Of a stretch of 49,141 nucleotides of DNA, positions 1-10,686 are shown one piece after another. The DNA is from an uncultured bacterium (GTDB lineage Bacteria > CAYUVA01), in assembly GCA_964448115.1 (NCBI GenBank), contig CAYUVA010000029.1:7125-56265 (forward strand), given 5' to 3'. Within the stretch, counting starts at the first letter, position 1. Every line of letters begins with the position of its first letter. The notes under the pieces were generated by a model that saw only the letters and a list, made by a program, of their open reading frames with translations, had not been told where the DNA came from and made no database searches. A program made the position numbers and the translations under genes.

Positions 1-596
1 TTAAATAGATTAACAATGAAAAAGAGAAATAAAAATAGAAGTATATTAGGACGCAAAAGCGCTGATATGCCCATAGCAATCCCCCCCAAAAATGTGTACA
101 AGCGATCGTTCTTATCCCAACCGGTCTGGAATAGGATTAGACTTACCAGATTGAAGAAGATCACCAGTGTAGGCAACAAGATCGCTCCATCATAAAAGAT
201 AAATGGTCCATAGATCGCTGCTAACAAGGCACCAAGAATGGCTAAATGGATTTCCATATATTTTCTAAGTAATATAAAAAGTAAAAAACAAGATGCGGTG
301 CCAATAATAGCTTGAACCAGGCGAACTATTGTCAATTTGAATTTATCACTGAATTGGAAAATGATTTGAAGGAAATATGGATATGCTGGACTCATAAAAT
401 ATGGCTTTGGATGTATGGACTCCTTCTTAGAGATGGTCTCAGCTTTTTCAACATAATATTTCGAGTCGAGAATCATTCCCTCGTAGAACTCGGTGGAACT
501 AATCTCGATGATGTATGTAACCCTAAGAACTAGTGCTAAAAAAAGGATCACCGCAAGAGATATAGTCTTTCTTCCCCGGTTCTCTTGAAGAGCCAT
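1..596 (-). CDS. Polytopic membrane protein, N-terminal part. It resembles GT39/ArnT-family glycosyltransferases, and the gene runs off the window start.
   Basis: Reverse-strand ATG at 594-596 opens a frame with no stop down to position 1 (MALQENRGRKTISLAVILFLALVLRVTYIIEIS...). It contains several hydrophobic helices. The ORF track omits it because it is open-ended. Confidence 0.45.
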   Translation of the reverse strand, partial: MALQENRGRKTISLAVILFLALVLRVTYIIEISSTEFYEGMILDSKYYVEKAETISKKESIHPKPYFMSPAYPYFLQIIFQFSDKFKLTIVRLVQAIIGTASCFLLFILLRKYMEIHLAILGALLAAIYGPFIFYDGAILLPTLVIFFNLVSLILFQTGWDKNDRLYTFLGGIAMGISALLRPNILLFLFLFFIVNLF

Positions 597-843
597 ATCT
601 ACTCCTTTATTTTCGCCCCTGCAACGATATGACTGAGTATATCATATCCGGGCTTATCTTTGCACCATCAATTCTCAAGCATGAAAAACAGCTTCTTTTT
701 ATCAATCATCTTGAATTTACTATATATTCCATGAGTGATCAATCAAGCAAATTGCGTTTATGTAACCATGCCGTCTCTTTGCTTTGCATTCAGATCCTAT
801 GATATATTATTTGCATAGTATTTAAGGCTCGGATGTAATAGTT

Positions 844-3800
844 ATGATCAAAGATCAGGTGGGCAATTATAAGATTCTCGCCAAGTTGGGCGAGGGGGGT
901 ATGGGCGCGGTTTACAAGGCTTACGACCTTGCAAATAAACGGACTGTAGCCCTGAAATTCGCTCTATCCAACATCATTTCCGAGGAGGTGGGTCTCAGGC
1001 GATTCGAGCGTGAGATCCGTGCAATCTCAAGACTCTCGCACCCAAATATCACCGCCGTCTATGACTCCGGTCGCTCTAATGGCAATATCTTTTATGCCAT
1101 GGAATTCATCGATGGCTCAGAGTTGAAGGATTACATAAGAACCGAGAATCTAAGTGAACAAGAGAGATTCGACCGCATATTCAACTCAACCGCACAGGTG
1201 CTAAGGGCACTCTCATATATACATTCACAGCGCATTATCCATCGTGATCTGAAGCCGAGCAATATTATGGTAGCTAAGGATCATATTGCCAAGATAATGG
1301 ACTTCGGGTTGGCCAAGGATATCGCCTCAAAAACCATGGTTACTGCAAGCGGTCTTGTGGTTGGCACAGCCGACTACATGTCTCCGGAGCAAGGAAGCGG
1401 AAAAACTTTGGATCAAAGAACCGATCTCTATAGCCTAGGAGTGATACTATATGAGATTTCCACTGGACGGAAGCCATTCAGCGGCGATGGACCTATACAA
1501 GTAATTATTAAACATATCCAGGAACCGCCGATACCGCCGAGAAAGTATAATTCTTCCATAACCCCAATGTTCGAGGAGATCATACTAAAGCTGATGGAGA
1601 AAAGCCCTATAGACAGGTTCCAGACTGCTGATGAAACTATCGAAGCTCTTAAGGAAGCTCATCAAGAGTTCCTTGAAGCCGGTAAGGCTAGCTCGCAGTT
1701 CGATCTGCCTGAACTGGAGGAGATCCAACCGCTGCTAAGACATAAGGATTATCTGTTCAAGGCACAGTTGGTGGGTCGAGACCATGAATTCGAGCAGCTT
1801 GTTGAGCTGGTCGATCAGCTAAAGAGCGGCTTCGGCAGCCTTGCTTTGCTCAAAGGTGAAGCCGGCGTGGGTAAGAGTCGCCTGGTCGAGGAGCTTCTGA
1901 CTCACTTGAAATTTACAGAGGTGAGGATCTTCAAGGGACATTGCTATGAGCAAAGGAACATACCATACCAGGTGTTCTCCCCCATCTTTGATCGCATAGC
2001 GGCTCATTTAAATCGCCGAGGAAGCAGCTATGCAGAGACGATCATCGGTAACACAGGTAAGATAATAGGCAGAATATTCCCTATTTTCAACGAGATACCT
2101 TATGTAAAGACCTTGCCAGAGCCGGCCGAGTTGCCGCCGGGAGAGGAAAAAATAAGATTACTGAGTGCTATTAAAAATCTATTCGAGCGACTGGCAGCCC
2201 AACAACCGTGTTTATTTTATCTCGATAACCTTCACTGGTCCGATGAGGGTAGCATCGAACTACTTGAATACCTGGTCGAGAACCTTCTGATTCCATACGA
2301 AAAAGCGCCCATAATGTTCATAGGCACAATACGCAGCGAAGAGCTATCCGAGAACAAGGCGCTGCAAAGATTCCAAGGGAAACTGCAACATCGCGAGAAT
2401 GTTGTCATGATGGAGATCAAACGACTGGAGCAAGACCAGGTAGGTCTTATATTGCAACAGATGCTCGGTATGAGCCATACGCCGACCCGGCTTACTCCAA
2501 AGATCTTTGCCGAGAGCGGGGGCAATCCATTCTTTATCGAGGAAGTGCTTAATGCCATGATCGAGGATGGGATACTATACCGGGAAGGCTCTCAGTGGCA
2601 GGTGCGAGTCGATAGCTATTCACAACTTATCATACCGTCATCGATAAAGGAGGTCTTGAAGAGACGATTTCGCAATCTTGGCGAAGAGGAGATGGATGTG
2701 CTCCGCTGGGCTGCTGTGATCGGCGAGGACTTCGAGTTCGATGTTCTGATGGAGGCTGGCGAGTTCGATGAAGACCTCCTACTCGATGTCATCGACCAGT
2801 TGCTCAAGTACAACCTCATCTTCGAGAAAAGCGTAGGGATGGTTGAGAAATATATCTTCTACCATGGAAAAATAAGGGATGTACTCTACGATGAGATCAG
2901 CCAAAGGCGTAAGAAACGACACCACCTAAAGATCGCTAATGCCATCGAAAAAATACACAAGAAAAGGCTGGATAAGTACATACAATCCCTGGCTTATCAC
3001 TACTACAATAGTCCTGATTTGGAGAAGGCATTTATCTACAGCAAGGATGCCGGGCTCAAAGCCAAACTGGTCTTCCAGAATGCAGAGGCGATCAATTTCT
3101 TCAATCAGGCGACGCAGATTTACCGAGAGCAGCACCAGGAGCTGAGTAAAGATTATTATCCTGAGTTCATTATCGTACTGACCGAACTGGGTGAGACGCA
3201 GAAGCTGACTGGCAGCTATGATGAAGCACTCGAAACCTACCAGGAGATGATCCGATGGGCGCAGGAACGCAACGACGAAAAGCAGGTCTCCATTGCCCTG
3301 GGAAATCTAGGTGATATCTACCAGATGAAGGGCGAGTTCAAGGAGGCAAAGGAAAGATTCAATGAATCCATAGAAATAGCAAAGCGATTAAACTACAAGC
3401 CAGGTATAGCCAAATGCCTCAATGGTATCGGCATCGTTCATCTGATGCAGGGAGACTATAATCAAGCTATGGATTGTTACAACCGCAGTTTAGAGATTGA
3501 AAAGCAGTTTGGCAATCAAAAGGCAATAGCTAAATTGTATAATTCCATAGGTGCTGTCCATTTTTACAAGCGTGCTTATGAACAAGCCCTCGATTGGTTT
3601 ACAAAAGCATACCAGATAAGAGAAGAATTAGGCGATAAATCAGATATGGCAACCTCAATAAATAACCTTGGCTCTGTGTATGACCTGCTGGGGCAAAAGA
3701 ATAAATCAATACCGCTTTACAAGGAGTCTCTCAAGATTGCTCAAGAAATCGGCAAAAAAAACGATGAAGCGATGTGCCTACACAATATCGGATACTATCA

Positions 3801-4695
3801 CTTCGAGCAATGCAATTACCAGGAAGCTCTGCGTTACTTCCAGCAGGCGTATAAGATAAAGAAAGAGTTGGGAAACAAAAAGGGACAGGCGATAACGCTT
3901 ACCCTTTTAGGATCTATATTTTATTTTCAAGCAAAATATGAACAGAGTCTTTCGTATTTTAATCAAGCCCTTGCTATAGACGAGGAGACCGAGGATAAAT
4001 TGGATATGATAAATAACATGATCAATCTTGGAGACCTGTTCAATACCATAGGAATGGTGGAAAAAGCCCTTCAGTATCACCAGATGGCGTGCGACCTGGC
4101 GGTCGGGATTGGTGATGTAGGAACCGAATCATCAGCTTTGGCTGGAAAAGCAAGGGATCTGGCATATATGAGAAAGCATCCCGAGGCACTGGAGGCGATA
4201 AATACGGCTATCGAGCTATCCAAGAACATCGGGATGAAGGATAAACTGGTAAGCGCTTGTTTGACATTGGCTGATATCAGACTTGAACTAGGTGAACCAG
4301 GAGATACCGGGGACTTGTGTGCACAATGTCTCGATCTTGCCAAAGAGGTGGGAGTGAGCTATCAATTGGTCGATCTTCACCTGACCTTGGCTAGGATAAT
4401 GCACCAAAAAAAGCAGTTCGAGGATGCAATCGAAGCCGCCAAAAGAGCGCTCTCCATGGCACAAGAACTGCAAATCCCAGAGTATTACTGGAAGAGCCAT
4501 CTGGTACTAGGAAATATTTATAGGGAAATACAAAAAAATGATGAGTGTCTAAAGGAATATAAGATGACCATGGAAGCCCTGGAGTCTATATACAAGATGT
4601 TCAAGGATAATGATCTAAAGAAGGCTTACATTAGCAGAAGAGATCGCCAGGAGGCTATCGAGATTATCCGTGAATTCGCAGGCAGGATGAGGTGA
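844..4695 (+). CDS. Serine/threonine protein kinase fused to an AAA+ (STAND-like) ATPase and a long TPR array (PknK-like architecture).
   Basis: Hanks kinase motifs: GEGGMGAVYKA, HRDLKPSNIM, DFGLAKD, SPEQ. Then a Walker A (GEAGVGKSRL) and a hhhhD Walker B (LFYLDNLHWSDEGS). Then more than 10 TPR-like repeats (e.g. AKCLNGIGIVHLMQGDYNQAMDCYNRSLEI). Confidence 0.9.
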   Translation: MIKDQVGNYKILAKLGEGGMGAVYKAYDLANKRTVALKFALSNIISEEVGLRRFEREIRAISRLSHPNITAVYDSGRSNGNIFYAMEFIDGSELKDYIRTENLSEQERFDRIFNSTAQVLRALSYIHSQRIIHRDLKPSNIMVAKDHIAKIMDFGLAKDIASKTMVTASGLVVGTADYMSPEQGSGKTLDQRTDLYSLGVILYEISTGRKPFSGDGPIQVIIKHIQEPPIPPRKYNSSITPMFEEIILKLMEKSPIDRFQTADETIEALKEAHQEFLEAGKASSQFDLPELEEIQPLLRHKDYLFKAQLVGRDHEFEQLVELVDQLKSGFGSLALLKGEAGVGKSRLVEELLTHLKFTEVRIFKGHCYEQRNIPYQVFSPIFDRIAAHLNRRGSSYAETIIGNTGKIIGRIFPIFNEIPYVKTLPEPAELPPGEEKIRLLSAIKNLFERLAAQQPCLFYLDNLHWSDEGSIELLEYLVENLLIPYEKAPIMFIGTIRSEELSENKALQRFQGKLQHRENVVMMEIKRLEQDQVGLILQQMLGMSHTPTRLTPKIFAESGGNPFFIEEVLNAMIEDGILYREGSQWQVRVDSYSQLIIPSSIKEVLKRRFRNLGEEEMDVLRWAAVIGEDFEFDVLMEAGEFDEDLLLDVIDQLLKYNLIFEKSVGMVEKYIFYHGKIRDVLYDEISQRRKKRHHLKIANAIEKIHKKRLDKYIQSLAYHYYNSPDLEKAFIYSKDAGLKAKLVFQNAEAINFFNQATQIYREQHQELSKDYYPEFIIVLTELGETQKLTGSYDEALETYQEMIRWAQERNDEKQVSIALGNLGDIYQMKGEFKEAKERFNESIEIAKRLNYKPGIAKCLNGIGIVHLMQGDYNQAMDCYNRSLEIEKQFGNQKAIAKLYNSIGAVHFYKRAYEQALDWFTKAYQIREELGDKSDMATSINNLGSVYDLLGQKNKSIPLYKESLKIAQEIGKKNDEAMCLHNIGYYHFEQCNYQEALRYFQQAYKIKKELGNKKGQAITLTLLGSIFYFQAKYEQSLSYFNQALAIDEETEDKLDMINNMINLGDLFNTIGMVEKALQYHQMACDLAVGIGDVGTESSALAGKARDLAYMRKHPEALEAINTAIELSKNIGMKDKLVSACLTLADIRLELGEPGDTGDLCAQCLDLAKEVGVSYQLVDLHLTLARIMHQKKQFEDAIEAAKRALSMAQELQIPEYYWKSHLVLGNIYREIQKNDECLKEYKMTMEALESIYKMFKDNDLKKAYISRRDRQEAIEIIREFAGRMR

Positions 4696-4733
4696 TGAAA
4701 TTACCCATTTTACGATGATGGGTCCTGGCGAAT

Positions 4734-5687
4734 TCACGGCTTATCTTCCCTGTGATAATGACAATTAAGTATGGCACAATGCATCCTGCATCGACGGGTA
4801 AAAAGACGCATCCTTTGTGCCCTCTCGGACTCCCAGATCTCTTTGATTGGTTGTTCAATGAAGTTTCCGACCGGCGCGGTATTAAAACAGAGCATCACCT
4901 CTCCATAGGGGCTGAATGACATATTGGACTCTCCAACCTGGCATTGGATCTTCTTACTAGGGGTAGGATCGCGAAAATAATCGATGAATCCTCGCAATTG
5001 CCCAACCGTATTACTTATGAAGTTTGTCTTTTTCTTTTCTTCGATAAGCCATTCGATGACTTGACTTAGATACTCCAGATCCTTTATCCATAATGGGCTT
5101 TTAAGATGCCACCTGGGATCGAATTTGGTGCCGAAGTTCCAGCAGAGCGCCTGAAAGCCAATATAATACCCACGCTCAATTGCCCACTCTACAAGCTCCT
5201 CGATATTATAGAGATTATATCTCATAATAACCGCTGCGATGGCGATGGTTATGCGATCCCGATACGGCTCCAGGTGCTGAAGTGCCTTTATCACCCTGTC
5301 GTAAGCTCCTTTACTTCCCTTGAGGCTATTAAATCTTTCAGGATCAAGCGTGTCCAGAGAGACATTCAGTGTATGCAGTCCGCTTTGAGATATCTCTTCA
5401 GACATCCTTGCATCTATGAGAGTCGCATTGGTCGTAACGAAGGTCTTTACTCCATACTCATTCGCCTTACTAATAATTTCCCATAGATCTCGCCGGATGA
5501 GCGGTTCCCCCCCGGCAAAATGAAGCTCGTAATACCCTAGCCAATCACCAAGCTGTCTGATTAGCTTGATCCATTGCTCTTTGGTAGCTTCCTTTCTCCC
5601 CTTTCTGGTTTTCCACAGATCACAATGCAAACAACGCAGGTTACAAAGGTCAGTAATTGAGGCGTGAAGGCTTTTCGGCTTAGGCAT
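4734..5687 (-). CDS. Radical SAM enzyme with a C-terminal SPASM/twitch-like Cys-rich domain.
   Basis: CX3CX2C motif (CNLRCLHC) near the N-terminus and a GGEPL motif. C-terminal cysteines: CQVG...LCFN...CRMHCAILNC. It lies 55 bp downstream of dnaE on the same strand. Confidence 0.8.
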   Translation of the reverse strand: MPKPKSLHASITDLCNLRCLHCDLWKTRKGRKEATKEQWIKLIRQLGDWLGYYELHFAGGEPLIRRDLWEIISKANEYGVKTFVTTNATLIDARMSEEISQSGLHTLNVSLDTLDPERFNSLKGSKGAYDRVIKALQHLEPYRDRITIAIAAVIMRYNLYNIEELVEWAIERGYYIGFQALCWNFGTKFDPRWHLKSPLWIKDLEYLSQVIEWLIEEKKKTNFISNTVGQLRGFIDYFRDPTPSKKIQCQVGESNMSFSPYGEVMLCFNTAPVGNFIEQPIKEIWESERAQRMRLFTRRCRMHCAILNCHYHREDKP

Positions 5688-5742
5688 AATTCATCCTGTA
5701 CTTATATATCTCGATTCTTCAAGTATAGTTTAAGACCGCTTG

Positions 5743-8700
5743 TTATGCAAAACGAAGGCAGTTATCTCCCAACAGCTTCTCTAGATCATTAACCAGCTCA
5801 TCTTCAGGACATGATCTCAAATTGCTATCGATAAGAGCCAGCACTCCCTCTCTTCCGTAGCGTCTGGGGATCTCCACCTCGAAAAAAACCCTGCAATCAC
5901 CAGGGTGAGCGTAGAGGATCTCGTTTATTCTGTTTATCATCCTGTGATCAGTGAGCATAGCGTTGAGACTGATGGTCATTGCACTCGAGCTTTTTCGAAG
6001 CTCCTCCAAAGGGGTTATTCTAAATGCCCTAAGAGATAATTTATCATCCTTCTTATCCAGCTTACCATTTACCAGAACGCAAAGATTCTCCTCCAACATA
6101 TTCCTGATTTCCTCAAATAGCCTCGATGGAACGATAACCTCAATTAGACCCACCTGGTCTTCCAAAGTAATTCGAGCGTACATATAGTTATTTTTCTTCG
6201 ATTTTCTGCGAACGACCTTGTTTATGACCCCGGCAATCGCCACCTCGGATTCATCTGAGAGTTCGTTTAATACGGCAATGTCAGCGTTTGTAAAATACTT
6301 CAACTCCCGTTCGAACCTATCCAGGGGATGCCCTGTAATATAGAAACCGAGGGTCTGCTTTTCATAAGATGTCATTTCCCGCTGGGTAAACTCTGGCGCC
6401 TCGGGAAGGCTCTTGTCAACGCTTGCCAGGCTTCCATTGGGATCGAAATCAAAGATGCTCAGATGCTTTTTCTCTTTTCCTTTGGCCATCTCCTGAGCCA
6501 ACCCCAAAGCCCTGTCGAGCACCATCATCTTCTGCTGTCTGTTCCCTTCAAGTTCATCCAATGCCCCGCTTTTAATCAGGTTTTCAAGTATCTTGGCATT
6601 AAGATGTGTAGCGGTCATCCGCTCGCATAGCTCAAATATGGAGCTGAATTCACCCCGATTTTTCCTCTCCTCGATGAGCTTCTCCGCTGTAGCCTGTCCA
6701 ATGTTTCTGATAGCGCTCAAGCCGAAGTATATCTTTTTCCCCTCTGGAGCAAAGCGAACATCGCACTTATTGATATTAGGGGGTAACACCTCAAGCCCCA
6801 TCCGTTTGCACTCATTGATATATTTAACCAGGTCCTCGATGCTGTCCAGGTAGCTGTTCAGATGGCAAGCCATATATTCAGATGGGAAGTAGGTCTTCAG
6901 GTAAGCGGTCTGGTAGGCGACCAGGGCATAGGCAGCGGCGTGGGACTTATTGAAGCCATACCCGGCGAACTTCACAATCTGTTCCCAGAGCACTTTTGCT
7001 GATGTCTCGGTCATACCTCTTCTAACTGCTCCGCTCACAAATTTCTCTTTGTGTCGCTCCATGATCTCAGGCTTCTTTTTTCCCATAGCCTTGCGCAGCT
7101 CATCTGCCTCGACCAGGTTATAGCCAGCAATGCGGTTGGCGATACGCATCACCTGCTCCTGGTAAACCATTATTCCATAAGTTTCCTTTAGGATATCCTC
7201 CATTCGTTGATCCAAGTAGGTTATCTTCTCCTTACCATGCTTACGAGCCGCATAATCAGGGATAAGATCCATGGGACCGGGTCTATAAAGAGCCACCATT
7301 GCAATCAAATCCTCGAATTTATCTATTCCACAAAGACGAAGGGTCTTCCTCATTCCGGCACTCTCAAACTGGAAGACGCCAACCGTTTCACCTTTGGAGA
7401 ACAGTTGCAGGGTCTTTGTATCATCCAGTGGTATTTTCTGAGGATCAATTTTGATATTATGTAGATCCATTATCATTTTTACTGTCTCATCGATTACCGT
7501 AAGGGTTCTCAAGCCTAAAAAATCTGCTTTGAGCAAGCCTAGCGCCTCTATATCTTTCATAGTGAATTGGGTAACGCTAGCTTCCTTGTTATCCTGATCT
7601 CTTACCAAGGGAATGCTACCGATTAAGGACTGGTCTGAAATGACTATTCCAGCAGCGTGTTTAGACTGATTGGATGGCAAACCCTCCAATACAGCACTTA
7701 CCTCTAGTAGTTTCTTAATCTTGGGTTCCCTCTGCTGGTATTCTCTAAGCTCTGGCACCTCTTTAATTGCCTTCTCCACAGTCATATCCTTATCCGGACT
7801 GATCAGTTTCGTTATCTTATTCAACTCTTGAAATGGGATACCCATCGCATTGCCCACCTTTTTCATCACTGCCCTGGTCTTAAGCGTGTTAAAGGTGATG
7901 ATATTAGCGACCCGATCCTCTCCATACTTGCCTGCTACATAATCGATCACCTCATCCCTACGCACCTTGCAAAAATCGATATCAATATCAGGCATACTCT
8001 TTCTGCCTTGATTCAAGAAACGTTCAAAGATGAGATCGTATTTTATAGGATCTATATCGGTAATCCCTAGCGAGTAGGCTACCAGGCTGCCGGCTGCCGA
8101 TCCTCTGCCTGGACCGACCGGAATCTTTTTAGATTTAGCGTATGAGACAAAGTCCCACACGATCAGGAAATAGCCCTCAAATCCCATATCCTTTATGATC
8201 TCTATCTCATGATTCAGCCGTTCCTTATATTGATTATACATAGATCCGGGGATCTTGCCTGTATCGAATTTAGCCTTCAATCCCTCTTGAACTTCGTGCT
8301 CGAAATACTCAGTCAGGCTATAACCTTCTGGTGGTTCATAATGCGGTAGCTTCGGTTTGCCGAACTCGAACTCAACATGGCATCGTTTGGCAATGGAAAG
8401 CGTATTGCTGATGGCATCCGGGTGCTCATCGAACAGCCTGTTCATCTCCTCGGCGGTTTTGAGATAAAACTGGGTTGATTGGAAGCGGAGGCGATTGGGA
8501 TCATCGAACTGCTTCTGGGTCTGTATGCTCAACAGAATATCGTGTGCTTCGGCATCTTCAGGCATAATATAGTGGCAGTCGTTGGTCGCCACCTTCTGTA
8601 TGGAAAGGTCATTAGCCAGCTTTATCAGCTTCGGTAAGACCTTCTTCTGATCGGTCAAGCCGTGATCCATAAGCTCAATGAAGAAATTGTCCCTGCCAAA

Positions 8701-9219
8701 GGTGGCAACAAAGTGCTCCGCGCACTCATAAGCCTTTTTATCCTTGCCCTGAAGCAGCAATGAGGGTATCTCCCCCCGCAGACAACCGCTTAAGACAATA
8801 AGCCCCTGTGAGTGTTGAGACAACAGCTCCTTGTCTATCCTCGGTTTAACATAAAATCCCTCCAGGTGTGCTTTGGTGGAAAGGATACAAAGGTTATGGT
8901 AGCCGATCTCATTTTCTGCCAAGAGTGTCAAGTCGTAATATGACGATTCTCGGCTTCCCTTAGCTGAGGTGTCCCTCATCGAGCCTTTGGCAACATAAGC
9001 TTCCATGCCGATTATCGGATTGAGTGTTCTCTCGTCGCCTTCTTTCCTTTGCTTCTTTAGTATGCGATGGATCTCCACCGCGCCGAATAGATTGCCATGA
9101 TCGGTAATGGCTATTGCTGGCATCTTCAGCTCCTTTGCTCGAAGCACTAGACGCTCCAGGTCGCAAGCGCCATCGAGCAAGCTATATCCTGTATGTACAT
9201 GCAGATGCACAAAATTCAT
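5743..9219 (-). CDS. dnaE: DNA polymerase III alpha subunit.
   Basis: PHP-domain N-terminus MNFVHLHVHTGYSLLDGA, a 1158-aa length, and conserved polymerase core motifs (GPGRGSAAGS, FNKSHAAAYAL). Confidence 0.95.
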   Translation of the reverse strand: MNFVHLHVHTGYSLLDGACDLERLVLRAKELKMPAIAITDHGNLFGAVEIHRILKKQRKEGDERTLNPIIGMEAYVAKGSMRDTSAKGSRESSYYDLTLLAENEIGYHNLCILSTKAHLEGFYVKPRIDKELLSQHSQGLIVLSGCLRGEIPSLLLQGKDKKAYECAEHFVATFGRDNFFIELMDHGLTDQKKVLPKLIKLANDLSIQKVATNDCHYIMPEDAEAHDILLSIQTQKQFDDPNRLRFQSTQFYLKTAEEMNRLFDEHPDAISNTLSIAKRCHVEFEFGKPKLPHYEPPEGYSLTEYFEHEVQEGLKAKFDTGKIPGSMYNQYKERLNHEIEIIKDMGFEGYFLIVWDFVSYAKSKKIPVGPGRGSAAGSLVAYSLGITDIDPIKYDLIFERFLNQGRKSMPDIDIDFCKVRRDEVIDYVAGKYGEDRVANIITFNTLKTRAVMKKVGNAMGIPFQELNKITKLISPDKDMTVEKAIKEVPELREYQQREPKIKKLLEVSAVLEGLPSNQSKHAAGIVISDQSLIGSIPLVRDQDNKEASVTQFTMKDIEALGLLKADFLGLRTLTVIDETVKMIMDLHNIKIDPQKIPLDDTKTLQLFSKGETVGVFQFESAGMRKTLRLCGIDKFEDLIAMVALYRPGPMDLIPDYAARKHGKEKITYLDQRMEDILKETYGIMVYQEQVMRIANRIAGYNLVEADELRKAMGKKKPEIMERHKEKFVSGAVRRGMTETSAKVLWEQIVKFAGYGFNKSHAAAYALVAYQTAYLKTYFPSEYMACHLNSYLDSIEDLVKYINECKRMGLEVLPPNINKCDVRFAPEGKKIYFGLSAIRNIGQATAEKLIEERKNRGEFSSIFELCERMTATHLNAKILENLIKSGALDELEGNRQQKMMVLDRALGLAQEMAKGKEKKHLSIFDFDPNGSLASVDKSLPEAPEFTQREMTSYEKQTLGFYITGHPLDRFERELKYFTNADIAVLNELSDESEVAIAGVINKVVRRKSKKNNYMYARITLEDQVGLIEVIVPSRLFEEIRNMLEENLCVLVNGKLDKKDDKLSLRAFRITPLEELRKSSSAMTISLNAMLTDHRMINRINEILYAHPGDCRVFFEVEIPRRYGREGVLALIDSNLRSCPEDELVNDLEKLLGDNCLRFA

Positions 9220-9500
9220 CTATTGCCTCCCATGATTTCGAGCTCGTATGTACTGCAATTGATAAGCGATCCTTAAGAGCGCGCTATTTCGCATGCCGAA
9301 AGGTGCTTCCACAATTTAATAATGACTCATTTGGGCATTCCCGCGCTCTCGTTTGTCATTCCCGCCCAGGCATGAACCCATATCTGGATCATTATATTAC
9401 CCCTTCTACCTGCGGAATGAAAGTGGTATCAAAGCCTTATCTTCTGATTAACATATTGATTATAAAGCACATTTTTCAGAAAACTCGATTTCATATCAAA

Positions 9501-10217
9501 ATGGATTTACCTAGCAGCGATTTTAGGATAACATCTTCGTCCATGGACAAGGGCACGCTATATGGCATCATCGCGGTTGTTACATTAACTCTGCTTGGCA
9601 TCGCAACCATGTTCATCCCCTTTGAGCACTCATCCCATGCGCAAACCGAGTCGCGCATCCCTGTCGGAGAGATCAAAGCGGATAATGTCATTGGACAAAC
9701 CTTCATCAGCCGCTACCCGAACCTTTACGCAATCTCTGTTTTTATGGCGACCTACCAAAGAGTGAACCGCTCTATGCTTCAATTTAGACTAAAGGAAAAG
9801 CCTGATTCGCCTGAACCATTGCGCGAGATCTCGGTAAACGCATCGCAGATCGAGGACAACCAGTATTATCGCTTTGAGTTTGTGCCTCTAGCAGCGAGCA
9901 GGAATCGGCATCTTTACTTTGAGTTATCTGCGCCGACCGCCAGCGAGGGGGATGCGGTTACCGCCTGGGCATCGCTGCGCGATTTTTATACAGACGGAAG
10001 CCTGATCATCAATGGCAGGGTTTCTGACGGAGACCTTCGTTTCAGCCTTCACCATCGAGTGCGCGGCTATGAGTTACTGGCAGTATTTTTAGAGCGCGCC
10101 GCCTCGCAGAAGCCGGGCATCTTAGGCAACCGTTGGTTTTACTTGTTTCTCTTATGCACCTATGGTCTAGTCGTATTATTCGTCATATTCCTCACCATCA
10201 GGCAGCTTATAAGCTGA
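9501..10217 (+). CDS. Hypothetical membrane-anchored protein. The start is uncertain. The track ORF begins at 9114 and overlaps the dnaE start, so the first internal Met after dnaE was used.
   Basis: Long ORF with an N-terminal TM segment (LYGIIAVVTLTLLGIATMFIP) and a C-terminal TM (WFYLFLLCTYGLVVLFVIFLTI). No recognisable family. Confidence 0.4.
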   Translation: MDLPSSDFRITSSSMDKGTLYGIIAVVTLTLLGIATMFIPFEHSSHAQTESRIPVGEIKADNVIGQTFISRYPNLYAISVFMATYQRVNRSMLQFRLKEKPDSPEPLREISVNASQIEDNQYYRFEFVPLAASRNRHLYFELSAPTASEGDAVTAWASLRDFYTDGSLIINGRVSDGDLRFSLHHRVRGYELLAVFLERAASQKPGILGNRWFYLFLLCTYGLVVLFVIFLTIRQLIS

Positions 10218-10601
10218 TATTCTTATGTTTTATACTTAGAGGAAAAATACCCTTCCTTTTTCATTTTGATTGCAGATAATAGCATAATTATTGAATAATT
10301 TTATAATTGTTGAACAGTTTTAATGATATTTTCTGCTATCCGAATAACTGAATCAACTTTTTGCTAAATATTTGAAAAATATAATTTATCCTCATAATCA
10401 GCTTTATTTATATTTTTTCTTAACTCTTATGAGGTTTTTTGATATATTTCTGAAATCTACTGTAATTTCTTCATTCTATTTTTATTTATGTCATCTCGTT
10501 ACTGGTGTCAAACTTAAAATAACTTTGATCATCTGAGAGTTCATCGACTTCCCCCTTCCCTTTTCTGCTTGGGTGTGGTATGAGTGATTTTTCGAGTTGA
10601 C

Positions 10602-10630
10602 TTGACAATGAAGATATACTCAAATAATAA
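10602..10630 (+). promoter_or_regulatory. Putative sigma70-type promoter for dsrA.
   Basis: TTGACA at 10602-10607, a 17-bp spacer, then TAATAA at 10625-10630. The dsrA RBS AAGGAG lies at 10675-10680, and all of this sits inside a 467-bp AT-rich leader. Confidence 0.3.
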
Positions 10631-10686
10631 TGTTTGTTGTCTCTAGCGAGTGAATAGTTGAAGCACCTTCTAGAAAAGGAGAGAAA

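Noticed and set aside
312-533. 73-aa plus-strand ORF.
   Set aside because: It lies antisense inside the minus-strand membrane-protein fragment, which has a longer frame open to the window edge. It has no RBS and a non-protein-like composition.
9114-9500. 5' extension of the 367-aa ORF overlapping the dnaE start.
   Set aside because: It would overlap the divergently oriented dnaE coding start by more than 100 bp. The internal Met at 9501 is preferred.
10596-10620. TTGACT / TATACT as a -35/-10 pair for dsrA.
   Set aside because: The spacer is only 13 bp. The alternative TTGACA-17 bp-TAATAA pairing is reported instead, at low confidence.
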